In this document: in pieces, positions 43,571 through 56,659 of the stretch
Layout: each line of letters begins with the position of its first letter
Numbering within the stretch: the first letter of the stretch is position 1
Source of the DNA: the human T2T-CHM13v2.0 reference genome, Homo sapiens
Reading direction: 5' to 3' (one strand)
Assembly (NCBI RefSeq): GCF_009914755.1
Contig: NC_060938.1
Length of the DNA stretch: 64,000 nt
Notes under the pieces: generated by a model
The model's input: the letters and a program-made list of their open reading frames with translations, nothing else
What the model was told of the DNA's origin: nothing
The model's database searches: none
Program-made: the position numbers and the translations under genes

Positions 43571-44921
43571 CACGAAATGGCCATGTGCACAAGCCTGATG
43601 GATGCCTCATTCTGTGAATAAACTGGCGGTGTTGATCTACAGCTGTATACAGACCACATCTTTCTTCTAAAGCTGCAAGGCACACATTTAAACTCAAATC
43701 TCAGAGATTGCAACACCTAGATTGCAGTACAAATTGGTATGACCGACCAGACCCAGCAACCATCGATCTTCATTCTTCCTGCCACCCTGAAAACTGAAAC
43801 CTTTTGTAGCAAGAGGTAACTAAAATTCTGAAGTCGGCTTGCAATAAAGGGAAGCAACAACTTTAAGATTGGACTGAAATATCTGACAGCTCTCTGAAAC
43901 AAAACAAAAACAAAATGTACCCAGGTTTCAGTTACGCTCTATTTGGTTTCTTTTCTTGTTAAATAAGTGCTGGCATATAACTCATTAGACACCTTGTGGG
44001 CCGCCCCACAAAGATGTGGGCAGTTCAATTTAGAGTAAGTGGGAGGTGTATAATTCAGAGTTTACACTTCTAGATAAATCAGGCTTCAGCATGAGATTTT
44101 TGCCATATACTTCAGATAATCTTATTTCCCTAGCTGCTGGCTCAAATTTGAATTTAAACAGAAATACAAACAATACATAGAGGGGGGAAAGTTTTCCAAT
44201 AACAATTTCCATTAATAATGAAAATTTGTTTGAGGAAGTAAACACCTCTTAGAACTTGTTTTCCTGATTCATTCCTTCATTTTGGAGTAGACAGGAAAAC
44301 TATGTCCTTATCTAGGAGGCTGAAGGCAGATCATCTGTTTGGTCTATTCTCAAGTGGTTCTAAAACCTTTTTAACTAGTCTTGGAGACATGTTTAACTGT
44401 TGGTCAGAGAATGTGCTTTTACTAGAAAGAGCTTCAGCAGATTCTCTCTTCTTGGTGTCTAGTGATTTCTGCCCAACCCTTGGCCTTTCCTGGGACAGTT
44501 TGTGCTCAAACTGGATGATCACATGTCTCCAAGTGTAGCTTGACCTAAGTCTGTTTAATGGGTAGACAGGGCATTAGAAGTGGTTGCGGATTTTTCTTCT
44601 ATCAGAAAAATATATATTAAAAACAAAACAGCAACAATAAAAAGTACAAGACAAAAACAAGCAAACAAACAAACAGAAAACTGGAGTATCTCTCATTTGA
44701 GAAATATCCCTTCTCCCTCAAGATGATTAGAATTCTGTGGCATATAGTTTCCACAGTTATCAAGATGAGGTTTACTATTAGGCCTCAACAGACAAAATAA
44801 CACCACAACACACTGCTCTTTGCCAACTATATGGCCAAAGATTTACAAATGAATAACTATTTCACTCAATGCTAATTATGGTATGATGGTACTAGCATTC
44901 TCATTCCCAGCTGTTGCTAGT

Positions 44922-45185
44922 TGTGGTAGACTATTTGCAACAAATGACAGAAGTTCCCTTACTTGAAAGAATCCCCCCTTGCCATGTAATTTTGCAAATC
45001 CCCTCATCAACAGATGGAGTATCCTTGCCCTTCTCTTTAACCTGGGCTGGCCTTGTGACTTTCTTTGACCAACAGAGTGTGGTGGAAGTGATTCTTGACC
45101 CAGACATAATGACACTTTTATGTCTGCATATAACATCATGAGAAGCTTTCTTGCTCTTATTCTGCCCTTGTCTGTAGTGGAGAAT
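44922..45185 (+). mobile_element. MaLR LTR 5' fragment (MLT1F/G/H-like)
   Basis: tgtggtagac...cccttgccatgtaattttgca...cagatggagtat...ctgggctggccttgtgactttctttgaccaacagagtgtggtggaagtga. Confidence 0.75.
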
Positions 45186-45395
45186 CATCTGTTATTGCTA
45201 TTTGAGATCACAAGTCATTACCTTCCTGAGGAATGGACTCTGTTATTAAATTCACTCTCATCTTTCTGATTTAGATTTCTCCTAATACTGATTTCTCCTA
45301 ATCCTCCCTCAGAAAGACTGATTTCTACTGCTTAATTCTAGGCACAGCTTACTTTCAGAATACACATTTTGACCAAACTCTTCATAAACTGTGTA

Positions 45396-45575
45396 GAACC
45401 AGACAAGGGTGGGGTAAGTAAATAAAACAAGGCGCTTAGATTGGATGCAATATTTAAGGGGCACCAAAAACGCAAAAGTCAAGAGAAATAATAGTTTAAT
45501 GCAGTATTATAAAAAATCAAAATCAATGCAAAAGTCCATAATGAACACACTATCAGAAATTTAAACAAAGACATG
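45396..45575 (+). mobile_element. hAT-Tip100 fragment (MER96B-like)
   Basis: gcaatatttaaggggcaccaaaaa...aataatagtttaatgcagtattataaaaaatcaaaatcaatgcaaaagtccataatgaaca; subfamily name from memory. Confidence 0.5.
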
Positions 45576-46960
45576 ATGAGTATGGAACCATGTAAGATGG
45601 ATTTGGGCTAAATATATCTAAGTTAAATTTCTTTACTTTGACAGTTGTTACTTGTGAGGCCTCAGAAAATTTATATTCTCCAAATCTCTGTTTTGTCATT
45701 TGCATAATGGAACTATTATTTTCTGTGGGTTATTTAAAAGAGTAAATAAAATAAGGCATAAACTACTTAGCCTGTTCTTACCACATATTACTACCCAGTG
45801 TTAATGATTTGTCACTCTTTATTCTATGTGTGTGTTTTTTCCTTTTGAAGTTTATCATTTATTCAGCAAATATGTTTGAGTTCTCATCAATGATTTAATT
45901 GGTCTCAGCAATGGATATGGAATTACGATTTTAATGGTCAGCAAACACAAGCATAGGCCTTGACAATCCACGAGCTTACATTTCCATAGGTAAGATAGAC
46001 ATTAATGAGTTAATCACAACACACATTTTAAAATACAATTTAGATAACTCTATAACATAGGGATTCTACTTAATCAGACAGTGCTTCCTTGTGTAAGTAC
46101 AAAGCTGTGATGTGTGCATTAATAATTAAGTGAATCCAGAGAAAGATAACATTCTTGGATACAGAAAGTATAGTTCTTCGTAAATAGTTGAATAAAAAGA
46201 GTGTTTGAGGAGAGGTCAATGATGACAATTGTTCTAAAAATGTCCATTGGATTTTGTGACATAGAGGTCACTGATCACCTTAAAGAGGGCTGTGACTCCA
46301 GGTTTGGCTTAAATGAAGAAAAGGGGGAAATAACAAATGAACCCATGAAGTAACAATACTCCTATTAATAAGCATTTTTCCCCCAAGATACCAGGCAGAC
46401 ATAGAATAGGGAGAAGAAGGAAGGTTTTTTCTTTTCTGTTTTTTAATTGTTTCCTAATAGAAAAGCCTTGACTGTGGTTAAATTTCAAAATAGGAAGTTT
46501 CCATTTCAGAGGGAAGAATTAAATATACAATCAAGAAAACAAGTAATCAAATCAGTCTAGTGCCCCTGAAAGTAGAAGAGAAAGGGTTTCAAACCATCAT
46601 TTATAGATAGGTGGAGAGGCAGTAGTAGATCATCAATTATGAAGCAGAGAAGGATAAGAGGGGTATAAATATAGGTGATTTGCATGTTGTGTAGTGGAAA
46701 GACAAGAGCAAAATATCACATTTAAAATTGGAGGTGTCCTTTTCTCACTATGATTACCCTCTGATAGTGTAGTGTAGTGAGCTCAGTTTCATCCCCAAGT
46801 GCAAGTATGGGATCTTCTGTCTATCACTCTATTAAATGACTAGGGACTTCTTTGGTCTTATGAGTTGTGCTGTGCAGTGCTGGGAAAAGGACTCTCCATG
46901 AAGTTGTCATGGTAGCAAAAATGAAAAAAACAAAAAAACAAAAAACTTGGCATTGGTACT

Positions 46961-47457
46961 TATATTATTTTTTCATTGCTGCTCTAACAAATTACCATAA
47001 TGTAATGGCTTAAACAACACAAATGTATTATGTTACTGTTCTGTGGATGAGAAGTCTAACACAGATCTCACACTGTGTTGGGGCTGCATTCCTTTCTGGA
47101 AGGAGTGCAGGGAAGACTTGGTTTCCTTGCCTTTTCCTGGTTTTCAGAGGCCGTCTGCTTTTTGGGGCTTATGATTCCCTTCTTCTTTCTTCAAAACCAG
47201 CAACATTAGCCTGAGTCCTTCTTGCACTGCCATCGGTCTATCCTCTAATTCTTTCATTCACTTGTAGGAACTCATAGGATTATTTTGGGCCTATTTGGGT
47301 AATCCAGTATAACCTGCCTATTTTAAGGTCAGCTGACGAGCAAATTTAATTCTTTCTGCAACCTTAATTTCTCTTTTCTATGTAACATAATTTATTCACA
47401 GGTTTTGAGGATTAATATATGAACATCCTTGTGGAGGGCCTTATCTTACCTACTGCA
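46961..47457 (-). mobile_element. MaLR solo LTR (MLT1C/D)
   Basis: ttgctgctctaacaaattacca...tggcttaaacaacacaaatg...ggtaatccag...ttttaaggtcagctga...tgtaacataa...attcacaggtt; 5-bp TSD gtact / gtaat. Confidence 0.88.
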
Positions 47458-48057
47458 GTAATGCAGTAGTAGATTGACTGAGATTAAGGTTCAGACTCTG
47501 CAATATTGCCTTAGGGAAGGTTCTTGATGAAGGACTGGTCAGGGGCCCTAAACTCTTATCTAATATTTCTGGAGAAATAAATGGCACCAAATGCAAACAT
47601 CCTTTGGAATACTCATATAGAATTCCTGACTAGTCATCTTCTAAATCCACCCTTCTAACTTAAGGTCCTAATCTTCTCTTCCACTACTTTAGAATTTCTA
47701 GAGCCTCTATTTTACTCCACGAGAACTACAATTCTGTAGTGATCTCCATGGATTGCAAATTAGACTAAATGGATGTCTAAATATTTGGAAAAGTGTTTTT
47801 TTTGTTTGTTTGTTTGTTTTTCATGAAACCGAGGAGGACACTGTCTCCTCAAATCCATTGCTCTGGGTCTCCACACCTGTAAAGGAATAATTAGGGGTAA
47901 AACATTGGCATTCTGATTCTGTCCTGCTGAGGTCACCATTCTTTACATAACTTTTAATACAGCAAGACAAACCAAAAAACGACAAAAAACCAAGTGTAGT
48001 TTGATTGATCTGCTAAGGATTTTTCTTTTGTTTATTGTTTATGACATATATGTATTT

Positions 48058-48465
48058 TGTATTAGTCAGCTTATGCTGCCAGAACAAAATACCATAGATT
48101 TGATGGCTTTACAGGAATTTGTTTCTCACAGTTCTGGAGGTTGAGAAGTCCAAGTTTAACATGTGCCCTGATTAGGTTCCTTCCTGAGGGCTTTCTGCCT
48201 GGCTTGCCAGCAGTGACCTTCTCACTGTGTCTTAATGTGGTGAAGAAAATTCTTTCTTACTTAGGTTTCTATTTTATTCAAGCCTTCAATGGATGGGATG
48301 ATGCCCACTCACATTGGAAAGGGCTATCTGCTTCACCCAGTCTACTGATTCAAATGTTAATCTCATCCACAAACACTCTCATAGACACACCCAGAAAAAA
48401 TGTTTAACCAAATATTTGGGCATCCTGTGGCCCAGTCAAGTTGACATATAAAATTAACCGTCACA
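48058..48465 (-). mobile_element. ERVL 3' LTR (MLT2C type)
   Basis: Minus strand starts tgtgacggttaattttatatgtcaacttgactgggccacagg (MLT2 start) and ends gcagcataagctgactaataca (MLT1-like end); purine-rich aagggttggact immediately upstream. Confidence 0.88.
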
Positions 48466-51400
48466 AGTCCAACCCTTATCAACTTGGCACCAACATACAT
48501 TTCCTTAAACGTTACTTAATCTTCAAGTACAGACAATAATATAGTCATAAATCCACTAAACATGATACAGCTACACTGTGTACAACTGAAAATGCACTGA
48601 TACCTTCCCCAGAAAAGGAAGTAAAGTCCTTGAGTGATGTTTACTCTTCTTCTTGATATCTCATAACTAAAACACTATGATGCAATCAACAAAACTTAAA
48701 TACTATGGTATAAAGTCCATATGTCTTATACTACATATGGGAATAAGAAAGGGAAGAAGACAAAGATATTTACATACACACATACGTATGTATAACAAAA
48801 TATGGAGAAAGTATTCATAAAAACTATAGTTCTCATTTACATAGCTGATCATATGGTTGTAGCTGGTATTTATAACATTGTTCCTCTACTACATATTGTT
48901 TTTGGTTTTCTTTTTGAGTCAGAGTCTCGCTCTATCGCCCATGCCAGAGTGCAATGGTGCAATCTTGGCTCACTGCAATCTGTGCCTCCTGGGTTCAAGC
49001 AATTCTCCTGCCTCAGCCTCCCTGAGTAGCTGGGATTACAGGTGTGTGTCACCATGCCTGGCTAATTTTTGTATCTTTTTTATTTTTTATTTTTTGCCAG
49101 GCTGGTCACAAGCTCCTGACCTTAAGTGATCTGCCCACCTTGGCCTCCCAAAGTGCTGGGATTACAGGCCTTTACTACGTATTCTTTATTCCCTTTGTCT
49201 TTGGCAAACATCTCAGCTGGTAATGGTTCTTTACCTGGTAGAATGACCCAAACCTTCATAACTGAAGGGTCTCAGCCATTAGTAGTTCTGCCTGGATTCC
49301 ATTGTTTTAGTTTTCCATTGGCCTGAATCACAGGAAATGGTAATACTAAAAGATACCCTAAGGGATTTCCTGTATTACAGACATAGATTTATTTACTTTT
49401 ATAGTGGCATAGCAGTCCAATTTCCCCTTGGCAGTTGGGATCAATTAGCCCATCCAGCAATGTAATTCCCTTCTTTGCTGTTGATTCAGAGGCACGAGGA
49501 TTCTAAAGGGGCCAGTCAGCAGTTCTAACTTCCAGTTCGATGGATCATTGTTTCCCCTAGGGAAGAAATTCTTCCTCTGGAATGAAGACCTCTCAGCCAG
49601 CAGAGCATAAACTTAACAGGAACAAGAAGCAAACATTTTGCTAGAGGGTCACCAGGGGTGATAGAGAGTGTGTCACTTCCATTTCCATCCCTTGAATCTT
49701 GAATCTATGAATTTTGGGTATGGGAAAAACAGCACTATATGTTGGATATTGATCAGTAGCATATGAAGCCTACAGGAGAACTTTGCAGCAGCTGTGCAAG
49801 GTATTGCTTTCTAGGTGGCACCATCGCTGAGTCTTCAGAAGGCCATTCCACTATCCTATTAAACTAGTTGCATCAGGATGGAGGAGAACATGATAAGGGC
49901 AGTGATTCCATGAGGATGGGCCCCTTGCCACACTTCTTTTGCTGTGATATGAGTTCCTTGATCAGAAGTAATGCTATGTGGTATACCATGATGGTGGATA
50001 AGGCATTCTGTAAGTCTGTGAGTGGTATTTTTGGCATATTTGTGTGTAGTGTTGGCAAACCCATATCCACAATATCTATTTCCATAAGAAGAAAATGCTA
50101 TGTCTTCCATGATGGAAGTGATCCCATATATAAACCTGCCACCAAGTAGCTAGCTGATCACCCCAGGGAATGGTGCCATATCATAGACTCAGTGTTGGCT
50201 TCTGCTGCTGGAAGATTGGGCACTCAGAAGTGGGTGTAGCTAGGTCAGCCTTGAGTGGAAGTCCTTGTTTCTAAGCCCGTGCATAACCTCCTTTCCTGCT
50301 ACTGTGGCTAGTCTGGTCATTAGCTCATCAGAAAACAACAGAGGTGGCTGGGGAAAGAGGCTGACTGGTATCCACAGAAAGTGTCATTCTATTCACTAGA
50401 TTATTAAAATTCTCCCCTGCTTGGGTCACCATTTGGTTAGCATTGAAATGGGACATAAATATCCTCATATTTCTTGTGCATTCTGAGAGGTCTACCCACA
50501 TCTTTCTCACAAATATCCTTGCCACCAACTTTGGAATCATGTTCTTTCCAAGTCCCTGACTGTATACCAGTAACATGCCTGGCCATTTCTTCTTTCGCGA
50601 AAAGATGTAATGCTGGAAGTTCTGCCCACAAGGAGGATTTCCGTTCCCCACTGTTCTTCAGAGATGTTCCAGAAAGAGGCTGTTGTGTTACAGCTGTCCA
50701 TTTTCAGGCAGTGCTTGCATATTGTGCAGAGCCATCTATAAACCAGGCCCCAGTCTTCTCTTCTTCTGCCAATAATCGTAGGGACTCTCCATGAGACCAT
50801 AGGTGCAGGATGGAAGAGAGAAGGTAGTGTAGCTGGAGTGGGAACCATGGGCATTTAGGCTAGTTCTTCAAATAACTTGACATGGGTACTTGTGTGTTCA
50901 GAGCCTGCTCAGGCCTGATTGTGTACATAGCACTTCCATTTGATGATAGAGTTCTGTTGTGCATGCCACACTTTTTGGCTTAGTGGGTTGGATAACACCC
51001 TGTTCATCATGGGCAACTCAGTCCCATGGTAACTTGGTGGCATTTGTTTAAGCACTCAGTCTCAACTGAGGCCCAGCGTCTGGCCAAGAACTGTTTCTCA
51101 GAAGAAAAGTAGTTATCTGCAGAGGATGGCAGAACTTTGCTCCAAAATGCTAAGGACTTGCACTGTGATTCATCTTTAGGGGCTTGCCAAAGGTGGCAAA
51201 TGGCACCCCTGTCTGCCACTGACACTCCAAACAGTTGGATCTGCTGGATTATATAGCCCAATTGGCAGAACAGCTTGCACAGCAGCCTGGACCTGTTGCA
51301 GAGCCTTTTCTATTTCTGAACCACATGCAAAACTAGCAGCTTTTGAGGTCACTCAGTAAATAAGTCAGAGTAACTAAGAAATATGTTGCCAATTCCTTAC

Positions 51401-51755
51401 CCAACTAGAGTAAGTTGCCTCCAAAATGCAAGTAGCCCCACTAGGCATTGTGCCTCTCTTTTGGTTGTTAGAGGGTCATATGCAACAACTTATTTTTCAC
51501 CTTAGATGGGTAACTTGACAAGCCCTATACCACTGAACCACTAGAAATTTCACTGAGATAGAAGGCTCTTGACTTTTTGTCAGATGTATTTTCCACCTTC
51601 TGACGCACATATGTGTTACTAATAAGTCTAGAATTGGTGCTACTTTGTGCTCACTTGGTTCCATCAGCATAATGTCATTGATGAATGTACCAGTGTGATG
51701 TCTTGTGAAAGTTAAAGGAGATACAAAATCCCTGAGAACTAAACCATGACATTAT
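48466..51755 (-). mobile_element. ERVL internal region, 5'-truncated pol (RT-RNaseH-integrase) plus dUTPase, pseudogenised
   Basis: Integrase GIPHSITSDQGTH (49859..50110); RNaseH WAEL (50437..50631); connection LAFWSKVLPSSADNYFSSEKQFLA (51007..51261); degenerate ITLVH-INDIML at ~51.67 kb; dUTPase GLIDPNCQGEIGLL at ~49410-49455; many stops and frameshifts. Confidence 0.93.
48898..49168 (-). mobile_element. AluS, 5'-truncated by ~20 nt, inserted in ERVL-int
   Basis: Antisense Alu ending at gattacagg; TSD cctctactacatatt (48883) / cctttactacgtatt (49169). Confidence 0.9.
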
Positions 51756-53640
51756 ATTAATATAAAGAATTTTTCGGAAATATTAAAGATATCAGGAAGC
51801 TATTCAAGGTCATGTTCAGGCTAAAGCTGCCTGGCTTTGAATGCCAAAGACTAATTATAAGTAATTTATGCAAGGCTGTATGCTAAAACCTACAATTCTC
51901 TTCCAGGAAACAAAACCGTTGGCAAATACTCCAAACCCTTGTGGAGTGTTAGACTAAATTATCTTTACAAATCTTTCACACAGCATGGTGAGGGGGAAGG
52001 GGTATTTGCTCCTCTACCTATTAAGCCACAGGACTTGGAAGAATGTTCCCTACATCCTGTCATGCAGGACAGGAGGTTTGACGTACTTTAATTTTAAATT
52101 AGAGAGATTCTTTTAAAATAGAGGATATGTAAGGGGAAGCAGTTAGAATTGAGAATAGGCCATAAAGATGAGCTGTTGGCTTCTGGATGCAACATCTGGA
52201 GACTGTTAGTACTCAGGATTTGTGTAGCTTTCTGTTTAGAATTTGAGAAACAAACTTGGCCCACAGCAATCTTGGATGGGATTGCTATCCAAGGCAGAAA
52301 GACAACGTTTGCTTATGTCTCTAGCATAATAAATATTAATTTATGTTATAGAAAAAAATAATCACTCATTCATTCAAAAAACATTTGTGAGGTTCCTACT
52401 CTGATTCAGGTTTTGTGCAAGTGTTAGAGATTGAAAGACAAAGACTGAAACATGCCTTGAAACATTAAGAACTTGAGAGAATAACTGTGGACATTTAAAA
52501 CATCATCGTAGTGAGATATTTTCTGATGAAGTTTAAAACAAGAGGAAACGTCTCTCAGGCAGATAAGTGGGGATGGGAGAGTGGTGGTAGAGGAGTTAAT
52601 TCCAAATAGGGTAACTGCTAGCATGGGAAAAGGCAAGTGGAGTGCAACACAGTAAGTTTGCAAGGAATTATAAGACGAGTGAAGCACAAGATTCAAGCAG
52701 AATTAGAGACAGTAAGTACTGAAGATGAAAAGGTAGCAGGGACTGGCACATGGAGGATATTCTACAGCTATGACAGAATTTATAACTTTGATCATTTATG
52801 CAACAAATTTACAACTTTAATTTAGATACACATTGCGCATGATTGTTTGCTTTGACGTATTCTTTAAATAAACCAATTTTTTAAAATTGTATGTCTATTT
52901 TTAAAATCTTATATTAGTCTCATAAATAGAAAATTGGTACCATTTTCTATAAATTAGAAGTGAGAAGCAACTTCTCAAACTTCAAAAAATGTTATTAAGG
53001 GTGAATCAAAGGCAATTATCTGTCAATTATAGATTTATGATTATAGAGGTCATTCACTAAATTGGTCCAAGATACTAAAGAAAACCAATATTGTAGACAA
53101 GATACTAAGGTCAATTTTTGGTATGTTACCTTTGCAATGCCAGTGTTTGGGCATGTAGAAAAAAGTTCAGAAATAATGTTAGTGCTGGGAGTTTAGCTCA
53201 AGGCCATATCAACCTGCAGGTGGGAGTTGACACTCCAGGAGTAAATGGCTCTAAAGGTTTGTGAGGTTCTTAGTCAATGAGCAGATTAGCAGTAGGTTAG
53301 ACTAGGTAATAACCATAACCTTGAAAATACTAAAGATTTTTTTTCTTTTTTGCTTTCCTTTTCTCCTCCTTTTCGTCTTCCTCCTTCTCTTATGCTACGA
53401 TTCAACTATGACAAAAATTGTTTTTCATCACTCATGTGCATAAAAGCAATTTTTTTTTCTTTGTGGCATATCCTCCTAATGGCAAATTTCTAATCCATGG
53501 TGATATATATGTTTTCATTTTTTTCTTTCTTGGTGTTCCAATGTCTGTGACTGGACTTTGACTTGACTCTTTCACGGTTAGGCTGTTACTGAGTTGCCTA
53601 ACCTTATCTCCATGCTGAAATAGCCATGCATGTGCAGCTT

Positions 53641-53994
53641 TGCTATGAGCTGGATGCTCATGTTCTCCCAAAATTCATATATTGAAATCCTAGCTCCCCC
53701 AGGTGATAGTATTAGGAACAGGAGCCTTTGGGAATAATTAGGTTATGAGGATGAAACCCACATACATGAGATTAGTGTCCTTATGAAAGAGATTCCAGAG
53801 AGCTAGCTATCCCCTTCTGACATGTGAGGACACAGTGAAAAGTCACCATCTGTGAACCAGGAAACAGGCTTTTACTAGACACTGAATCTGATCTTGGACT
53901 TCCCAGCCTTTAGAACTGTGAGAAATGAATTTCTGTTCTGTATAAACTACTTCATTTATTGTATTTGTTACTGCAGCCTGAATGAACTAAGACA
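53641..53994 (+). mobile_element. MaLR solo LTR (MLT1A/MLT1A0)
   Basis: tgctatg...cccaaaattcatatattgaaatccta...catgtgaggacacagtgaaaag...gatcttggacttcccagcctttagaactgtgagaaat...gaactaagaca. Confidence 0.92.
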
Positions 53995-54045
53995 TGATTC
54001 TATCCTATGGGTTCCCGTAGGAACTGACATATATAATCCTTGAAA

Positions 54046-54058
54046 TGACCTTTGCCCC
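54046..54058 (-). promoter_or_regulatory. Nuclear-receptor DR1 element (PPAR/RXR, HNF4, COUP-TF type)
   Basis: TGACCTTTGCCCC, i.e. GGGGCA-A-AGGTCA on the minus strand. Confidence 0.45.
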
Positions 54059-54926
54059 TTTGCCTTGGTATGACATTTACATTACATTTCCTTAATCCTT
54101 CACTCCCTCTGATTAATAAACTCATAGGTGAAATACATTTTAAGGTATTGTGTTAATATGATAACATAGTAGTGTAAAGGTATTTTCTAGATTAGCAAAG
54201 AAAAGAATATTTAAATAATAACTTACTGCAGGCAGTATCTTTACTATTCTGATGGAATCTAACATTGACGCTAAGTTTTAGTGAATTTCAGAACAAATGT
54301 GCGAGAATTCATGTTCTGGTCTTTCAGTCCGTGTTGACAGGGAATTTTAGCCCAATAAGATATTCATCTGAGGCATAAGATTTTTCCTTTGAACAAAGAT
54401 AGGAGTTAGTGAGTGTGCTGGATCTGCTTGTGATAACCATCAACAACATGGAACTCACAACAAAACAATGGCAATGAAATGAAAGCTTGCTAGATTGAGA
54501 AGGACATTTTAGGGGATGAATGTACCAGGATAAATTCAAGACTGACAGAGAGTGTAGAAGCAGTATTGTCCAGCAGTCCAGAGGCCTTACAGCAAGGTAG
54601 GCATGCAGTACACAACAGCATATAATAAAACACAGGCAACTTTCTATTTGATAATAGAGAGCTTGATGCTGGTGGGATTAGCCAATTGAAAATGAAATAG
54701 TATACAAACTCTCCTCCACACTATGTCCCTTCTACACCTTGCCCTGTTTTAATTTTGAATTAGAATTGTCATCATTTATAGGTTACACGGTCATCCTTTC
54801 AAAGCCTTTTCATCATTGGAATATTTTTCCCTCACACTCTAAGGTACTCATTCCAAAGTGTAAAAATGACACCTTTGGTGTTTCTCCTGGAGTATCTGGC
54901 CCAGTGCCTTGCACATATGCTATGCC

Positions 54927-54978
54927 CAATAAATTATGGTGGCTGGTTAACTTAAGAGCTATTTTATTGTGAAGTACT
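54927..54978 (+). repeat. 52-bp dispersed direct repeat, copy A
   Basis: caataaattatggtggctggttaacttaagagctattttattgtgaagtact; 47/52 identical to 56531-56582. Confidence 0.9.
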
Positions 54979-56530
54979 AAAAAGTCTTACAAAACACATT
55001 AAGTAGGGATGTTGATTTGAGGGACTTAGACTGACAATAGCCAAAGCCTGTCACGATCATTGTGCTAATAAAAAAAGAGATGCCAGAATAAATTGGGAAA
55101 AATAATTTACCTTTGTGATGGATTAACACAGTTTTACCAATGAGACATGAAATGTTGATGCTGTTTCTTTTGAAATATGATTAGTTAGAAGTACTAGAGT
55201 TGGTCAATAAATCAGTTTTGAACAACTAGAAATGACCACAAAAATTTAGAACATAAAGATATTTGTTGTTGAAAAAGATTAGTTCTGAGATTATGGTTAA
55301 TATAGTTAATTATTTGATTCAGGATTTTAAAATTATTTTTTTCTGGGATTAGTTGATGAATTTAGGAAAATATGATTTTGACTCCAAGCAATGATACTGT
55401 AATATGATATCAAAAGTGGAAATGTAAGTTCAGAAATAAAAATGCAGGGGAATCTCCACAGGCAGGATATCTGTAGGTTAGTTTCAGATCTCTTATTAAG
55501 TTCTGTGAGCTTTTAGGCAAATCACTTTCTGTCTGAAAAGTTAGGATCTATCTGTAATTTAATAATTATGAAATATTTGTTAAGTTCCAAGTTTATTCTA
55601 GGCAATTTTTGAGGCAAGCAGCTGTCAACTTAAAATATGTTTTGGACACAAAAATCCCTTTCCATCTCTAGATTTTATTACCTATTACTAAGGTTTTTAA
55701 TATTTTAACCTGCTAAATCCACATTTCAAACAAAATTCAATGAGAATTACAATATATAAACCAAATCTATGCAGTGAAGCAGGGATAGAGGGCTTGGTCT
55801 CCATCTGTTTGACAATGCCCCCCCGCCACCAAACATCTTCCTTCACTACTTCCAAATAACTTTATGGTTTAGTCAATTACCATTTAATTTGAACTTGACT
55901 TACCTAGACCACTATTAGTTGATATTAGCTTAACAGAGGGAAAATTGTAAATAAAGTAGATGTAATAATTAAACACCTACATCATTCCTTCATTCCGGAT
56001 CTATCAATGATTTCATACTTTGACTATATCTAAATTATCTGTTTTTCCTGGCCTTCAAGGTGGTCTTTAGTTCAGCCCTGCTTTCCATGGGTTAATCAAA
56101 TTCCCTACAATGCTGAGATGTTTATATTGGTTTCCTCCTGTCCTATGAAGTTCGTACTGATTTCTGCCACAATAAATTTGATTAGACGAACCCATTGTTT
56201 CTTGAGTGTCATCTCTTTTTCTTTTTTCCTCTAAGATCAAGTGTAGTTCCATTCTTGACTTATGTTTTTAACCCCATTGCTTGTTAAACTCAGTGAATTA
56301 AGCACTATATTATATATTGCTTTGTCCGACTTGCCATTGTAATTCTCTTGATTGCTATATATAATCCACATGAAAAATTCCTTAATTTTTCCTATTTTTT
56401 AAACAAACTCATCTAAAAACTAAAAATAACCAGAAAACTTTGGACTTGCCAGGCTTAACATAATCCTCAAGATCTGGTGGTATCTTTATTTTGAATAACG
56501 TTGGTTTTCAAAAAGTGTTCAACTGGCCCA

Positions 56531-56582
56531 CAATAAATGGTGGTGGGTGGTTAACTTAAAAGCCATTTTATTGTGAAGTACT
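56531..56582 (+). repeat. 52-bp dispersed direct repeat, copy B
   Basis: caataaatggtggtgggtggttaacttaaaagccattttattgtgaagtact. Confidence 0.9.
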
Positions 56583-56659
56583 GTGCCATGGATTAGAAAA
56601 ATCTATGCTTCGATGCTTCAACTCTGTTCACGTTAAATTTTATCTTCAGTGCCATATTC

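Noticed and set aside
49859-51261. ERVL pol ORFs as a domesticated retroviral gene
   Set aside because: Split across frames by stops and frameshifts, with the RT catalytic motif degraded.
53735-53745. DUX4 site in the MLT1A LTR (TAATTAGGTTA)
   Set aside because: One mismatch in the conserved TGAT half; too weak without ChIP evidence.
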